A stretch of 59,448 nucleotides of DNA, counting the filler, from Jimgerdemannia flammicorona (lineage: Eukaryota): NCBI GenBank assembly GCA_003990765.1. It is 3 parts of 3 records of this genome, joined end to end, with 100 filler letters (N's around TTAATTAATTAA, not from the genome) between each part and the next. Parts side by side here need not be neighbours in the genome. Positions count along the whole stretch, not along the records: positions 1 to 19,751 come from RBNJ01001858.1; 2 more parts are not named here. One strand, 5' to 3'. Positions 1 to 13,402 of this stretch are shown here, one piece after another. Below the pieces are notes generated by a model that was not told the origin of the DNA, did no database searches, and saw only the letters and a list, made by a program, of their open reading frames with translations. The position numbers and the translations under genes were made by a program. Position 1 is the stretch's first letter. Each line of letters starts with the position of its first letter.

Positions 1-57
1 TTTTTGTGTTTTTTTTTTTTTTTTTTAAAGTCACTTAGACTTCACTCTATTATATAC
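1..57 (-). mobile_element. Very short 3' tail of LINE-A (poly(A) plus ~30 nt), inserted in LINE-B RT
   Basis: Poly-T at 1-26 is followed by AAAGTCACTTAGACTTC, which matches the LINE-A tail ATAGTCACTTGGACTC at ~3630. LINE-B RT sequence resumes at 58. Confidence 0.6.
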
Positions 58-3000
58 CTGCTGGAGGTCCAGAAAGACATGGCAGCTCCACCCCTTAGCC
101 CAAGTCTTGTACAAAAGCAAGATATAAGAAAAAGATAAGAAGTGAGTTTGGAAGCCACCTTAGCAGTGCCACATTTCTGTCAGGCCACATCGGCTCTTGA
201 TGTAACCTTCCAAGCACTACTCAAAGAGCCCACAAAACATTTTGGTAAGAGTGATAGGGCGAAATCTATCAATTGTCCAAGATTCCTCCTTCTTGGTGAC
301 TGGAGTGATGATGGCACAGTTCTAGTAGTAGAGAGTGAGCTCCCAAACCACACACATCTGGAAGAAGAAGGACAAGACTTTGAATAGACTACAGGGAGCA
401 TCCTTCTTGCCCACCATCACCCAAAGGATCTGACATACAAGGAGTCAGCCCCACAGGTCTTCAAGAGAGGGTAGCTGTGGATAGCTATCTAAACTATAGG
501 TTGGTTGAACCAAAACTATAGCCCAAGAGTACTCACACTGAGGGGAAAGACATCCTCAGAGTCATTGAGGTAGAGGGAAGCATTTAGCTGGCTAAAGATA
601 GTGGTAAAGTGAGCAACTACATTGATGAACATCAAGATAGTAGGGGAGCAAGATTGAAGAGGAGCAGGGGGGGTGGAGTGATATGCTCACTTAAAACCAT
701 AAATAGCATCACAGACTGAAGATGCACTGTGAAGGAGATCCCACTAAGGGAGCAGTACTGCTCTGATTTCTCTTGCATCATATGAGCCAAGAATGTTCTC
801 ACAGACTGACTGTAGACCAGAGGTCAAAAGGGTATCAAGAGAATTCACAAACTGCTGATAATCCTCCACAGAGTAAAAGCTAGTGATATGGTCTTGAATA
901 GAGTAGATGGACTTGACAATGATATCACAAATAATATCTGCTGATTCCCATAGGTGAGCTTGAGTGACCAGATGTGTCAGATATCTTGTAGAGTAATGTC
1001 TGACATCAGCCAAGGCAGCAACCGGCAAGGAGGAGAAGGAAAAGAAAATAGTGAGAAGGGTGGGATAGTTAGTAGCAACAGGGGGAGTAGTGTAAGTGAG
1101 AGATGTGTGGAGGGATACAGTGGCAAATACATGGCCAATATATGTAGATCCAGTTACCAGAGTCAGATAGTTCAATGACCACATCATCAAGGAGGTATTG
1201 ACAACATCCATCCAATTACAAGGACCAAAGTTGATGTCACCAAGGCAGGTACTGAAGCAGGTATTGATGTTACTGATCAGAAGGGCCTAACCTGGAAAGA
1301 GACCAGATACAAGATTATGGAAACCAGTAATAGAAAGAGAGGGGGTGGTGTAAACCGTAACCAATGTCAAGCTCTGGAATATGAACCAGATATAGAAGGG
1401 GTTAGTGGAGGACCTGGAAATAAGGGGGGCGAAATGGTTTGATATGAGGACTATAAGACTACCATTCTGGTAGCTGATGATCCTGTATGATGCTGGAGGG
1501 GAGAATATGTAAAGGAGTGGAGAGGGACATAGCAGGATATGCCACATTTCATATATGAAAAGAACCTCAAGGGTAGGACCAATCAACCAACTGAGCACAT
1601 TGAACTTATCCTGAGTTAGTCTGTATACATTGAGGAACCTGACTCTCATTGCATTAGCGCCAATAGTATGAGAAGCACCTGAAGAGGAAGCTTCAGCTTC
1701 CAAATCCATTATCATCTCCATGGTCATAGCCACTATACCACCTGTCTTTGAGCAGGGCCAGCCAATGGGGGGGCAAGGGAGGGGAGAGTGAGACTGAGTC
1801 CTATGGTCTATGTCTTATAGAAGGTCTGTACATCAGACCTCTTCACAGTAGCTTCGCCAGCCAACTGCTGGACCTGAGCATAGAAGGATTGAAGTACCTG
1901 TGCTTTCATGGCCTCAGAGGTGTTCTTATTACAGTGGAGTATAGGGTCTCAGGCCATTAGTACCAAAAACCCAAGCACCTTTATCTTCTCTTGGAATACT
2001 GTGATATAATCAGAGTAGAGAAGGAATTCAATGGTCAATGTCAAGACATATGATATATTGAGAACCTTTGACAACATCATATAGACATTATACAGGTTTT
2101 TCTGGATTTGCTCAATCTTCAGATGGGCAAATCTGTTGACATAAATATGCTGCAGCCAAGCACCTCTTTCAGTCAGTGACAAATGAGAGATTGGCTTATA
2201 AGTCATATGCAAAAGAGTAGTGGTGATGGCAGCTCTTTCCATCTCGATGTAGGCCTGGGTTCTATCCTTGATAGAAACCTTCTTAGCAGTGGCAGTATAT
2301 GATTTAGGGGAGACAGGTATCAAAGCAGGGGCTGAAGATGGACTAGTGGTACTAGGTCCCACAGGTATAGCCTGGGGCACTGACTTGGGGGCCTTGGCTT
2401 TGCTCTTTTTAGGGGGTGTGGCTTTAGAAGTCAGTGGCACTGCTGTGAGAGTTACCTCCTTTGGCAGCACACCAGACTGCAATGCAGCAGCTTTAGCAGT
2501 CCACTTATCTGCTCACTTCTGGGCCTTTAACTATGTGTTCATGGCAGGATCAGTAGGGGGGGGCCAAGGACTTAGAGGGGGTGGATATGGAAGGAGTAGT
2601 AGGGGTACTATCTGAAGGAGCACCAGATAATAAGGGGGTGGTGGGTGCTGAGCATGCAGCAAGCTGTACCATTAGCTGAGTATTGATCTTTGTCAGTTCT
2701 GCCACTTAAGTCAGCAGATCTGAGAACTGCTTTCTCATTATAGCCATCTCCATAACTAGATCGAGGTCAGTTGAGGGGCCCACACGACTGGCAGTCAGGG
2801 TCATTCCCAAACTAATATTTGGGTGACCATGCTTGTTCTGATTGAGGGGCAGGGGTATGAGAGAGAAGAGCAGATACTAGGCATCATAGTCCGAATTGGA
2901 AGAGATTATGATCTCTTCATCATCTTCTGTATATTGCAGAGAAGATAAATACACTAATATTGGTCTGTATCTCTATATGACCTATACATTACCATATGGC

Positions 3001-3709
3001 TGCCCTTGCAGAAGCCAAGAGAAAAAAGACTGACACTGTGACATTCAGTATAGTAGAGAGAGGCACCGAAGTACAGACAGCCCCTTTCTTCACTATCTTA
3101 CTAGTCATAAGATTTGGTAAGTAATCTTCTGAGTCCCCTTTCCCCTATTATTACCCTCTCTATCTCAGGTTGGTTTGCTGTTCCAACATAGACATAGTAG
3201 GAGGAGAGTAATGGTGTTGAGTTACCCCTTTATTGGTGTCAGATTGGTGTCTTCTCCACTTTTTCATGATTTCTGGTATCTTTGGCTGTATCTAGAGTAC
3301 ATCTGTTTTGGTGCGGCACCTTCTTCCTTTTGCCATTGCCAATATAGTGTTGTCTCAGTATATCTTAGACTATGACCGACCTTGGGCATCAAGTGCTCAG
3401 TATAGATTATCTACAAGTCCTCAGTGCCTATGGTGGGGCCCTCTGGCTTTGGCAAGCTTCTCGGTGAGTATGGTTCTAGCATAGGTGACTGCTTTTCAGG
3501 TGAAGGAGAGATGACTGTCATAGATAGGAGGATGGGCAATAACGGTGAACCAGTAGAGTACCAGGCTAGGGGTGGTTATCAGAGCTGGAGCAGGTGCTAC
3601 TTCAGTTTTTTTTTTTTTTTTTTTTTTTTATAGTCACTTGGACTCTGTTCCTTTATTAATACCCCTCTATCTCATATAAATACAGTGATCCCACCCCCTA
3701 TCTGATCCC

Positions 3710-6700
3710 CCTAGGGGGGCCATCCCCTCCTATTCCTTCCCAATGAAAGACTACTTTGTCTAACACCATCGCCACCCTCCCACCACTCTACTCATAGATC
3801 TTTACCATCAAACTGTGATGCCAACCCCCTTGAGGACTCTAACCCACCCACCATCCAGTCTGCAGATCCCCAAACAGCCCCTCCCACCTTAGTACCTTCT
3901 CTCATAGCCCCAACTACTACCCCTCCTCAAATACAAAAAACCAATATCCTGCCAGTCCCACCCATACTACTAATACCCACCCTACATTGAGCTAACTATC
4001 CCCCACACCACCCACAAGCTGAGATCTCAAGTCCACCCAGTGATCCCCCTCTCCACCCAGCCTCCTCTCCACACCCAGTCTATCACCTATTTCAGCCCAA
4101 AATTCCCCTAAAACCTCACACTCTCCCAGCCAATGTTCTGGCATCTGTACATGACCCTCAGCTCACCCAATATCATAACACTCCTCACAGTCGAATTGTC
4201 CACCCTCGACCAAATGCGCCATATGGAAATTCAGCATGACATTCCTCAACAATATTCTCCACCATACCACCCAGTACTTGGGAGAAAGCTACCTCCATAC
4301 CTCTGCACTCTAAAATCAGATACCTGTCTAGTCCAACTCCTTACTGATCTCTGCCACCTGTCAGCCACTCAGCCAAAGATCCTAGCCAAGTCACTACTGA
4401 TACTCCACTCTCTCCCCAATATCGAACATAGCCAGTGAAGCACCCCCCAGGAGCAGTCTATCTCAATACTACATATTAGGCCCCCACACTGCCTCCCCCT
4501 CATTGCCTTACCAGTGCAGGCCAATTCGGTGTACTCTATCAGCCACTCTCCACCAAAAGCCCTTGAACTGCAGCCTCTGAATTTCATTCAATTCCACCAA
4601 AGAGAGCAGATCGCCAGAGGACCCTCGAGGGGATGTTCGCATCTCTCACACCTTCTGTAGCAGAGGCACCCAACCTCCTCCCTGCAGTTCTACTGCTCTC
4701 TTCAACCACTAAGCTCGCAAGTAGTACAGCCTCTTAGGGAAGTCCACCAGGCCAAGACCTCCTCTGACTACTGGTCTTGCAAGAGTATCCCAACTGACCT
4801 GGGACCTCCTCCCCACCCAAATCCAATCTCTAGCCACCTTCATCAGCTTCTTCACCATCCACGCTGGAAAGTTGAGGTGATATGCCACATACCATAGCTT
4901 GGGGAACTAATATATATTCAGGATTGATACCTGTCTTGCTAGAGAGATATGGCAGCCTCTCCAATCTCAAAGGGCCTCCCCCCAAATATTCACTCTAGTC
5001 TTGCACCATACTCGTGGTAAGACAGAACCATATACAGAGAGGAAGATGCTCAGATACCGCACCACTTTACCAGTAGAAACAATTGTTCTAATGACGTCCC
5101 CACCCACTAACCCATTCCCTAGCACAATTGTCTCACACTTATGCCAGTTGAGCTTCACCTCCAAGTGAGCCTCATACCATTCCACAGTCTCCTGAAGTGC
5201 CTCTACATCTGCCACAGACCCAAGGCCAATTACCATATCATCAGCAAAGGCTCCCATCTTCTACACTATACTATATATAGAGAGCCCTGCCATCTTCCGG
5301 CGAATCCTATCTATCAACGGCTCCAGCAAAAGGGCATAGAGAATAGAGGACAGAGGGTCCCCCTGAGGAACTCCTCTTCCCAAGGGAAATGCCCTCCCAT
5401 GATGACCATTACACATCAGAGCTGCCTGACTACCATCCAGCAGACTCAACATAGAGGCCCTAAATCTTGTGGGTATACCAATTCGGTCTAATACCTTGCC
5501 CAGCCACACCCGCCATATATGGTCGTAGGCCTTCTCCTGGTCTAAAAAGACCAACCTTCCATCCAGTTCTTAGGGAAGTTCACCAGGCCAAGACCTCCTC
5601 TGACTACTGGTCTCGCAAGAGTATCCCAACTGACCTGAGACCTCCTCCCCACCCAAATCCAATCTCTAGCCACCTTTATCAGCTTCTTCACCACCCACGC
5701 TGGAAAGTTGAGGTGATATGCCACATACCACAGCTTGGGGAACTAATATATATTCAGGATTGATACCCATCTTGCTAGAGAGATATGGTGGCCTCTCCAA
5801 TCTCAAAGGGCCTCCCCCCAAATATTCACTCTAGTCTCGCACTACACTCATGGCAAGACAGGACCATATACAGAGAGGAAGATACTCAGATACCACACCA
5901 CCTCACCAGTAGAGACAATTGTTCTAATGATGTCCCCACCCACTAACCCATTCCCTAGCACTATTGTCTCACACTTATACCAGTTGAGCTTCACCTCCGA
6001 GTGAGCCTCATACCATTCCACAGTCTCCTGAAGTGCCTCTACATCTGCCACAGACCCAAGGCCAACCACTATATCATCAGCAAAGCCCCCCACCTTCTAC
6101 ACTATACCATATATAGAGAGCCCTACCACCTTCCGGCGAATCCTATCCATCAACAGCTCCAGTGAATGGGAATAGAGAATAGAGGACAGAGGGTCCCCCT
6201 GAGGAACTCCTCTTCCCAAGGGAAATGCCCTCCCATAGTGACCATTACACATCAGAGCTGCCTGACTACTATCCAGCAGACTCAACATAGAGGCCCTAAA
6301 TCTTATGAGCATACCAATTCGGTCCAATACCTTGCCCAGCCACACCCACCATACACGGTCGTAGGCCTTCTCCTGGTCTGAAAAGACCAACCTTCCATCC
6401 AGTCCACAGGCCCAGGCCCCTTCAATGATACCATGAACCCAGGCAGTCCCATCTCTAATAAGTCTGCCCCCAACAAAGCCCTGCTGCTCCTCTCCCAGTA
6501 CCTGTTGGGCAACTTTCTGCAGCCTTGCAACAATTACCTTAGTCACCATCTTCCTGTCTATATCCAGAAGCATGATCAGTCTCCAGTTCTTTCAGTCTTC
6601 CCTCCTCCTCTTGTCTTTATACAATAAGGCCAACAGCTCTAGATCCTGCTCTCCAACCCACTCACTGCTCTGAAGGACATGATCATAGAGAGCAGTCATC

Positions 6701-8191
6701 TCACTCACTACTCTGGGGACATTTACCATCTTCTTCCAGAAGTCCCATGGCAATCCATTCTCCCCTGGCACTATCCTAAGTTTAGTTGCTGCCAGGATAC
6801 TCTGGATCTCCTCTCCCTGCACCAGTAAGACCAAGTCTCCCAGACCAGCTACTTGTGGTGGCTCTCACTCTTCAAGTGTATCTGCAATCCCTGTCTCATC
6901 AGCACCCTCTTCTCCCTCACTCCGCAAACCCTGCCATCTCTCCTTCAGAACCCCTAAGATTCATTGTGTATCGTGTACCATATCCCCATCATCATCCAGG
7001 ACCCCATCCCATCGATGTCACACCCTCCTAGCTTTGAGAAGTCTTGATAGGTACTGAGTAGGTTGCTCCTCCTCATTAAGCTCGTGCCACTATAGCCTGG
7101 CAGCCATACTCCACATTCAAGCCTCCTCCTCTTCCCTCAATACCTGTTGTAGTTCCACTATCTCCAATTTCGCCCTCCCTATCCTCCAATCCTCTACCTC
7201 AACAATAGTGAGCAAATCTGCCTACTCTATTTGTAGTCTCCTTAGCCTGCTAGAAGTACACCTCATGCACCTCCTCCTCTACCTCTCGGCCTCTCTACCA
7301 GCCCCTCTCCAATAAACCCTCGTAGCCTCTTTCAATCTTATCCAGTGGACAGCCACAGGTAAACCCTCACACCTCCAGACCAAAACTTTTGCCTGAATGT
7401 CCTTCTCCCATAATTCTCACAACCTCTTCTCAGCCAGCAGGAAGGAGTTAAGGCACCAATATCTTGGTCCATCTCTACTTCCCCCAAACTGCCCCTGCTC
7501 CAACAGTCCCCAGTGATCAGACCATGGGCACCACTCCACTTCCAATGTCTTCCTAACATCCGAACCCCAGCACTCCACTGTCAGAATCCATTCAATCCTT
7601 GTGCCCAAGCCATTCATCCAATGTTTGTAAACCCTGGCATCACCCCACCTCGTTCTGCCATATCCCTCATAGAGTTCAATGTCTCTACCTTCTCCCATGC
7701 ATCCAGACCTCCACTTCTACCCCTGGTACTCCTCCCTCCATCAGTTCTGTTCAGACGCTGATCCTGAACCATATTGAAGTCCCCACCGAGAACATCGACC
7801 CATTCCTCCAAGAGAATACCCTCCTCCAGCAGTCCCCTAATCCATGCAGTCCTCTTACCCCTAACTGCAGGGCAGTAGCAAGAGCCCACCTTCACCGATT
7901 CCCACCCTGGTCGATGCCACTCTCCCAGACCAAGTGATCACCCCAGCTCCTGATACCCCCCAAGTCTCCTCAGCCCCTCCTCACCAGAATTGCTATCTTT
8001 CCAAACCAAGCAGTAGCCCTACCCCATTCCCTAGTCCACTCAACCCGATCATCCTTATCCTCACACTGAACATCCTATAGTAAAAAGAGATCAGCCTCCA
8101 ATCCCTTGGGCCAAGTAAAAATGTTCTTATACTGCCCAGAGCCCCTTAACCCTTTTGCATTTAAGGAGAAAATGTTAGTTGTACTGTTCAT
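3710..8191 (-). pseudogene. LINE-A ORF2: AP endonuclease, reverse transcriptase and C-terminal Cys-rich region, with stops and frameshifts
   Basis: APE motifs NIFSLNAKGLRG, GGDFN, RIEWIL, SDH. RT motifs QQGFVGGRLIRD, DQEKAYDRV, GVPQGDPLSS, FADD. The 3' boundary is approximate. Confidence 0.9.
4732..6403 (-). repeat. Internal tandem duplication of the RT core (2 x 836 bp)
   Basis: 4732-5567 and 5568-6403 are near-identical. Both encode DQEKAYD...QGDPLS...FADD. Confidence 0.9.
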
Positions 8192-8204
8192 AAAGAATAA
8201 GGTT

Positions 8205-10188
8205 ATATTATGGCCCCATCCTCTACAAGTCTGCATTCTGCACCTCCTGCACCAAGTCTAAGTTACATTCAGCAGCTAGTTCCCTCTCTCCAGCTTCCCT
8301 TGCTGCCAATACTCTGAGAAGTTCTACCATCACCCCATCTTCATACTCCTCAAAGTCCTCCTAATACTCCAGACAGACCTCCTGCCAGAGCCTCTGGCCA
8401 TGACACTCTGCCCAACAGTATGTCGCCCGCTCACCAGCAACCACCCCCAATTCTGCCTTCCTCACCTTGTCAACCTCATATCCCTTCTCCTCTAGGAAAA
8501 TTGCCAAAATCTCCACCTTCAGCACCTCCACTATTCCATCACTGTACAGAATCCATGCCCAATGCTCCTCAGGCATTGCCCACAGGTCTACTTCCCCCAA
8601 AGCCTCTGCTATAAGATTATCCATCACCTTATGCATCCACAACAAGTTCCCCACCTCCTTCCTTTCTGGAGTTCCTAGCCACCCTGCATCCAACATCATA
8701 GTATCCACTCCAATGCTGACAGCCTCATCCCACTCCTCCTCAGGGACATCCACCAGCTCCTCCTTGCCAACTGCCATCACCTGACCCCCTTGCGCTACAT
8801 CAGGGATCCCAAAGCACACCTGCTAGGCCCCCTGCATCTGTGTATCCTCCATCGTCCCTCTCTTCCCAACTAGGCCCCTCCTGATAAGTGTAGTGGTAGT
8901 GGCATCCAACTCTAGCTCCCACACTTCGAAGATACCATCAGCAAATGGGTTCTTATTCAGCATCTTCTCAGCCTCTGCCTCCTTTGCCTCCATCTCCTCT
9001 CCTCCATTACTAGTCCAGACACTGTCCTTAACGCCTCTGGACTCTCTAGCTCCAACTGACTTCTTCTCTACCCCTCCTGTCATACTGGCCAATAGCTCCC
9101 TCTGTCTCTTGCATCCCTGGGCCCACTCTCACTGCTTCTTATCCATATGGATATACTTCCCATCCACCACCTCCAGATGCATCGACTCCTCATACAGTTT
9201 TCAGGCCTTTGCCCTCCTCTCCACAGCACCACCCAACTCCTCCAGTGCCTCCAACAAGTTCTCTTCCTCCTCTTCACTCTCTTTCAGCCTCAATACCTTG
9301 CAGACAACAGCCCCCCACATCAGCACCAAAGGCCAGTCACTCGTTTTCCCTGTGGCCTCCTTGCCTGCCAGCTGAATTCTGACATTGACATCACCTGTCC
9401 TGATTGTGGTCCTCTCCTACACCTGAAAGCCTATGTGCACCACATCACCGTACTCTACCATCACCTCCTCCACCCTCTTCCTAGTCTCCTCCTTAGTCAC
9501 CATGGATACCCCACTCACCAGAAGCTGCACCACCCTGGAGTCTCACCTCAAGCACATACCATGGGTACCACCACCTCTCAACCCACTACTCCAGTCCTCA
9601 GGGCTTCATCCACTAGGCCCGCTTGCTCAAAACCCACCTCAACCCCCTCCAAGCCCTTCAAGAACTTCACTGAGGCTGCCCCTACCACCTGCTTTGAAAT
9701 CAGCCCCAGAACCATCCTCGCTGTCACTACCAAGCCCTGGAAGCACAAGGTGACCACAAACTCCAAAATCGACTTCTTGAGCAATAGGGCCACTGCCAGT
9801 CCCATTACACCATCCGCCAGGTCCCCCTTCCACATTGAGAACCCCTGCCCCACCTGGCCATCAGCCATTACATCTCTTTTTTTTTCCTGATTCACCATCA
9901 CACCACCATCAGCAGTCCTGCCACTACCCCCAGCAGCTGCTCCACTTCCACCACCTCTCCCTGGTGTAGGCCCAGCTCCCACAGCAGCTCCATCCTTCTG
10001 CTTCCCCTTCCCTCCTGTCTGACTGCTGCGGGATCCCGTTGGCCAATCCCCAGTCCTCAGTATGTCCGCAAAGCTCCTTCCCTGCTGCCCTCCAGCCTCC
10101 CCACCAGTGCCACCTCTACTATCCGAGCTGCCCTGCCCACTTGAGCTGCTGAAAGACCCTATCCCCAATCCATACCCTCTCCCAACAT
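8205..10188 (-). pseudogene. LINE-A ORF1 (gag-like), fragmented
   Basis: A chain of minus-strand ORF fragments (9578-10168, 8823-9092, 8361-8819) lies between the 5' UTR and ORF2. No diagnostic domain recognised. Confidence 0.65.
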
Positions 10189-12618
10189 GCTGCCAGTTTA
10201 AGGCCCCAGATCCACCTGACCTAGTATGTACATTGACTTACTTGCTAGATGATATCTCCTTAATATCTTTCTCCAATAAATGATTTGAAAGTATGTTGTA
10301 AAGTATGTGTAATATGAATTGTAGTAGAGAGAGATACATGGTGCTACTTCAGTCAGACCGTTTGATTGGTACAGTGTGGTTAGGTGGTAGGTATCACTCT
10401 CAGCTTCTTTTGGTAGATTGGTAGGTTGGGCCCCAGTCATCAGGTGGGGTCAGGAGGCCTGAGACTACCCATTTCAGGCATCTTAGCTGTACTCAACTAG
10501 AACTGGGAGCTGAAACAGCAATATGATCGAGGCCTGCAGGCTTGAGTAGTGAAGTATTTGGGGTCTCCTCCTATCTCATATGTAAGTCCTTTACTCACCT
10601 CAACTGGGAGAATCAGGCCCTACCTATCATATTGTACTTTGATGAGAATTTTTCTTTGCCTATTATTCTCTTTGGTGTGGCAAAGGCTAATCTATTTGGC
10701 TTGAGTATAGCATTGTACATATGTTGAGTTCTCAGACATATACTTTCAGTTGTTAGTATTGATTGGGTATCTCCTGGTGGTAGAGAGAGCATAGTGTACA
10801 GAATGAGGTGTAGGCTGCCATAGGTCCTGCTGCTCCTAGTATGGTCAAGCTGCTGAACAATAGCTAGCTTAGATTAATAGGAGGGCAGTGCTTGATGGGT
10901 AGTGGGGGAGGGTTTTGGCCTATATAGTCTAGGTTCTCTTCTAATAAAAATCTGCAGGACATTGAGTCCATTTAAAAAAAAAAAAAAAAAAAAAGAGGCA
11001 CCAAAGCACACAAAGAGGCCGGTGGCATTGCTGTCATTACCGACAATGGAGGAGATGGCTGACAATACTGAAATAGGTGAAGGTATACTTGTTTATTTAG
11101 TGGAAATTGTAAAATGCAGGCTATGTGACCTTTGTTTATGCAATGAAAAAATAATGAAAAAGAGGGGTATTTATACCTGATAGGAGGTTTAGCTAATCAA
11201 AGTGACTGCTTTCTTAATTTGGAATATCTTCAGGCCATAAAGCTAAGTCTAGCCAAAAGGGAAAATAACATAAGTGTTCTAGGGCTAGGCTTTAAGTAAG
11301 AATTTATTTATTGTAGAGTAGATAAGATATATTGGAGCAATAAACAGCAAAGACTCCTAAGATGAGAAAAGAAAAGCAGTTAAGGAAAAGTAGTCCAGCT
11401 TGTCATGAGACAAGGATGGCTTAGCTCGGCTAAGATATAAAAAGCAAAACAAGGCCAGCAAAGTAAACAACTAGCTAAGAAGTATAAGACAAGACCAGAG
11501 AGATGACCACCCTATAGGTGGGCTGGATAAAACCATTTTGTCATAGCTGTAAAGATAATAAATACAGAAAGCAAAAAAGAGAAAACTAATAGAAATATAT
11601 AAATATCTTATACCAACTACAGAAACAATATTAACACCTAAATACCAAATGACTAATATGAGATGTATAACTCAATATACTCTCAATAACAAAGAAACCA
11701 ACTGAGGTAAATGGGAGGAAAGAAAGGAATAAAGAAAATGTGCAATTACTCGATCATCCAAGTATCTTTGTAATCTCAGCCAGACAAAACCCAACTATAA
11801 GATGGCAATCAGAATTTCACATAGTGTCAATAGTATGGTAGGCTATTCCATGAAGAGCTTGAAGAGGGTAGGCATAAAGTTCTTCCCACTATTCATAACT
11901 GATAAACCAATCGAGTTATTCATCATAATTAAAATTATCTTAGAAAGTAGAGTAGGAACTGTCCAGAAGATAGCACTTGAGGAGATGGCCATGATGAAAC
12001 TTATCTCTACAGAGGCAGGGGTGGGGCTGGCCAAAGTAGCCATAATGCCAGGTGAGGGCAGAGTGCATAAGTCTAGTAGAGAAGGAGAGGATACAATTAG
12101 CTCTCCAGAACTGCAAGTGGCCTTTGGGAGTAATATACTGAACGAGCACCTGGAAGGAGAAGTCTCATTCCTGGAGCAGCTAGTCCTGGAGAATTGACTG
12201 GAGGAAGGAGCAGAGCAAGCAGGTCTTATGGACCTGGAGACAGAGGTCTAGTACCAGTCCAGGAAGTCAAGCCAAGAGGCCCAATGCCAGAACTTATCAA
12301 TAATAGAACCTGGGGGACACATGATGAGAGAGCTGATAGGATTGTTGCCAGACTTGCTACACCAATCCAGGTGGGCTTGGAACATGCAGCAGAGGTCTGA
12401 CATATGATGAAGGAAGAAAGAGAGGCTGAGAATCAAACTGCCAAGCAAGGGACAGCTAGAAAATCCAACTACTCAAGCAATGGCCTCATCAAAGACCTGC
12501 TTAGGATGCTTCAATACCTGAAGCCCTATAGTAGTAGCCAGGCAGGAGGCTTATAGAAGAGGAAGGCCATACTCTAGCTGGGGCCTGATGAATGTTTGTA
12601 CTATCACCAGCTTGGGCA

Positions 12619-13402
12619 TTTTTTTTTTTTTTTTTTTTTTTTTTATAGTTCCTTGGACTCTATCCTTTATTAATACACTATTATACCTATCTATCTCATG
12701 TAAATACAATGAGCCCTCCTCCTATTCTATCCCCCTGAGAGGGGCCCCCCCCTCTACCCCAACTCTCTGAAAGGCCACTCTATCTAATACTATCTCCACC
12801 CTCCCCCTTCTCTGTTCACAGATCCTTTCTATCAGACCATGACGTCACCCACCTTGAGGACTCCAATCCACCTATCAACTAGTCAGCAGATCCCACATCA
12901 ACTCCTTCTACCATACCACCTTCTTCTGTAGACCCAACTGCCACCCATCCTCGAACACAAAAAGCCAATGACTAGTCAGTCCCATCCACACTGCTAACAC
13001 CTACCCTACAGTAAGCTAACTATTGTCCATACTACTCACTAGCTAAGATCTCAAGTCCTCCCAGTGGCCTCACACACCTGCTGGTCTTCTCTTTATATCT
13101 AGCCTGTTCCCTACTTCTACCCAAAAATTCTCCAAAACCTCACACTCCCCAGCTAATATTCAGGTATCTGAACAAATCCCACTACTTGCCCTACATTATA
13201 ATACTCCTCACAATCGAAATGGCCATCCTCTATCAGATGCCCAGTACAGAAAGCATTCTCCACCATACCACCCAGAACTTGGAAGGAAGCCACCTCTATA
13301 CCTCAGTACTCTATGACTAAACACCTGCCCAGTCCTATTCCTTACCAATCTCTACCTCCTACCAGCCACTTGGTCAAAGATTCAGGCCAAGACTCTGCTG
13401 AT
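12619..13402 (-). mobile_element. 5'-truncated LINE-A-family copy
   Basis: Poly-T at 12619-12644; homologous to 3630-4400. Degenerate TSD ACCAGCTTGGGCA / ACCAGCTTGACCA. LINE-B reading frame rejoins across the insert. Confidence 0.85.

Larger units (their letters stand above)
3607..10339 (-). mobile_element. LINE-A, full-length L1/Tx1-like non-LTR retrotransposon (degenerate)
   Basis: Poly(A) tail at 3607-3629. 14-bp TSD GGTGCTACTTCAGT at 3593-3606 and 10340-10353. ORF1 and ORF2 remnants are in the expected order. Confidence 0.9.
3076..10993 (+). mobile_element. Non-coding ~1.2-kb poly(A) retroposon (SINE-like), copy 1, split by LINE-A (3076-3606 and 10340-10993)
   Basis: Colinear with 18576-19751 and the reverse complement of 51701-52879. 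Poly(A) ends at 10993. Degenerate TSD AGAGGCACCGAAGTACA (3059-3075) / AGAGGCACCAAAGCACA (10994-11010). Confidence 0.85.
58..11279 (-). mobile_element. LINE-B copy 1 (AP-endonuclease non-LTR retrotransposon), degenerate, 3' part beyond the contig edge; pieces 58-3075 and 11011-11279
   Basis: ORF1 remnants ~1740-2970. APE motifs at 1200-1730 (MRVRFLNVYRLTQDKF, LFIYEMWH, VYTTPS). RT start near 58-400 (MSFLDLQQ). Colinear with copy 2 at 13990-18340. Confidence 0.85.

Noticed and set aside
9147..9890. 247-aa plus-strand ORF and similar antisense ORFs
   Set aside because: These are shadow ORFs opposite purine-rich LINE coding sequence, with no recognisable domain.
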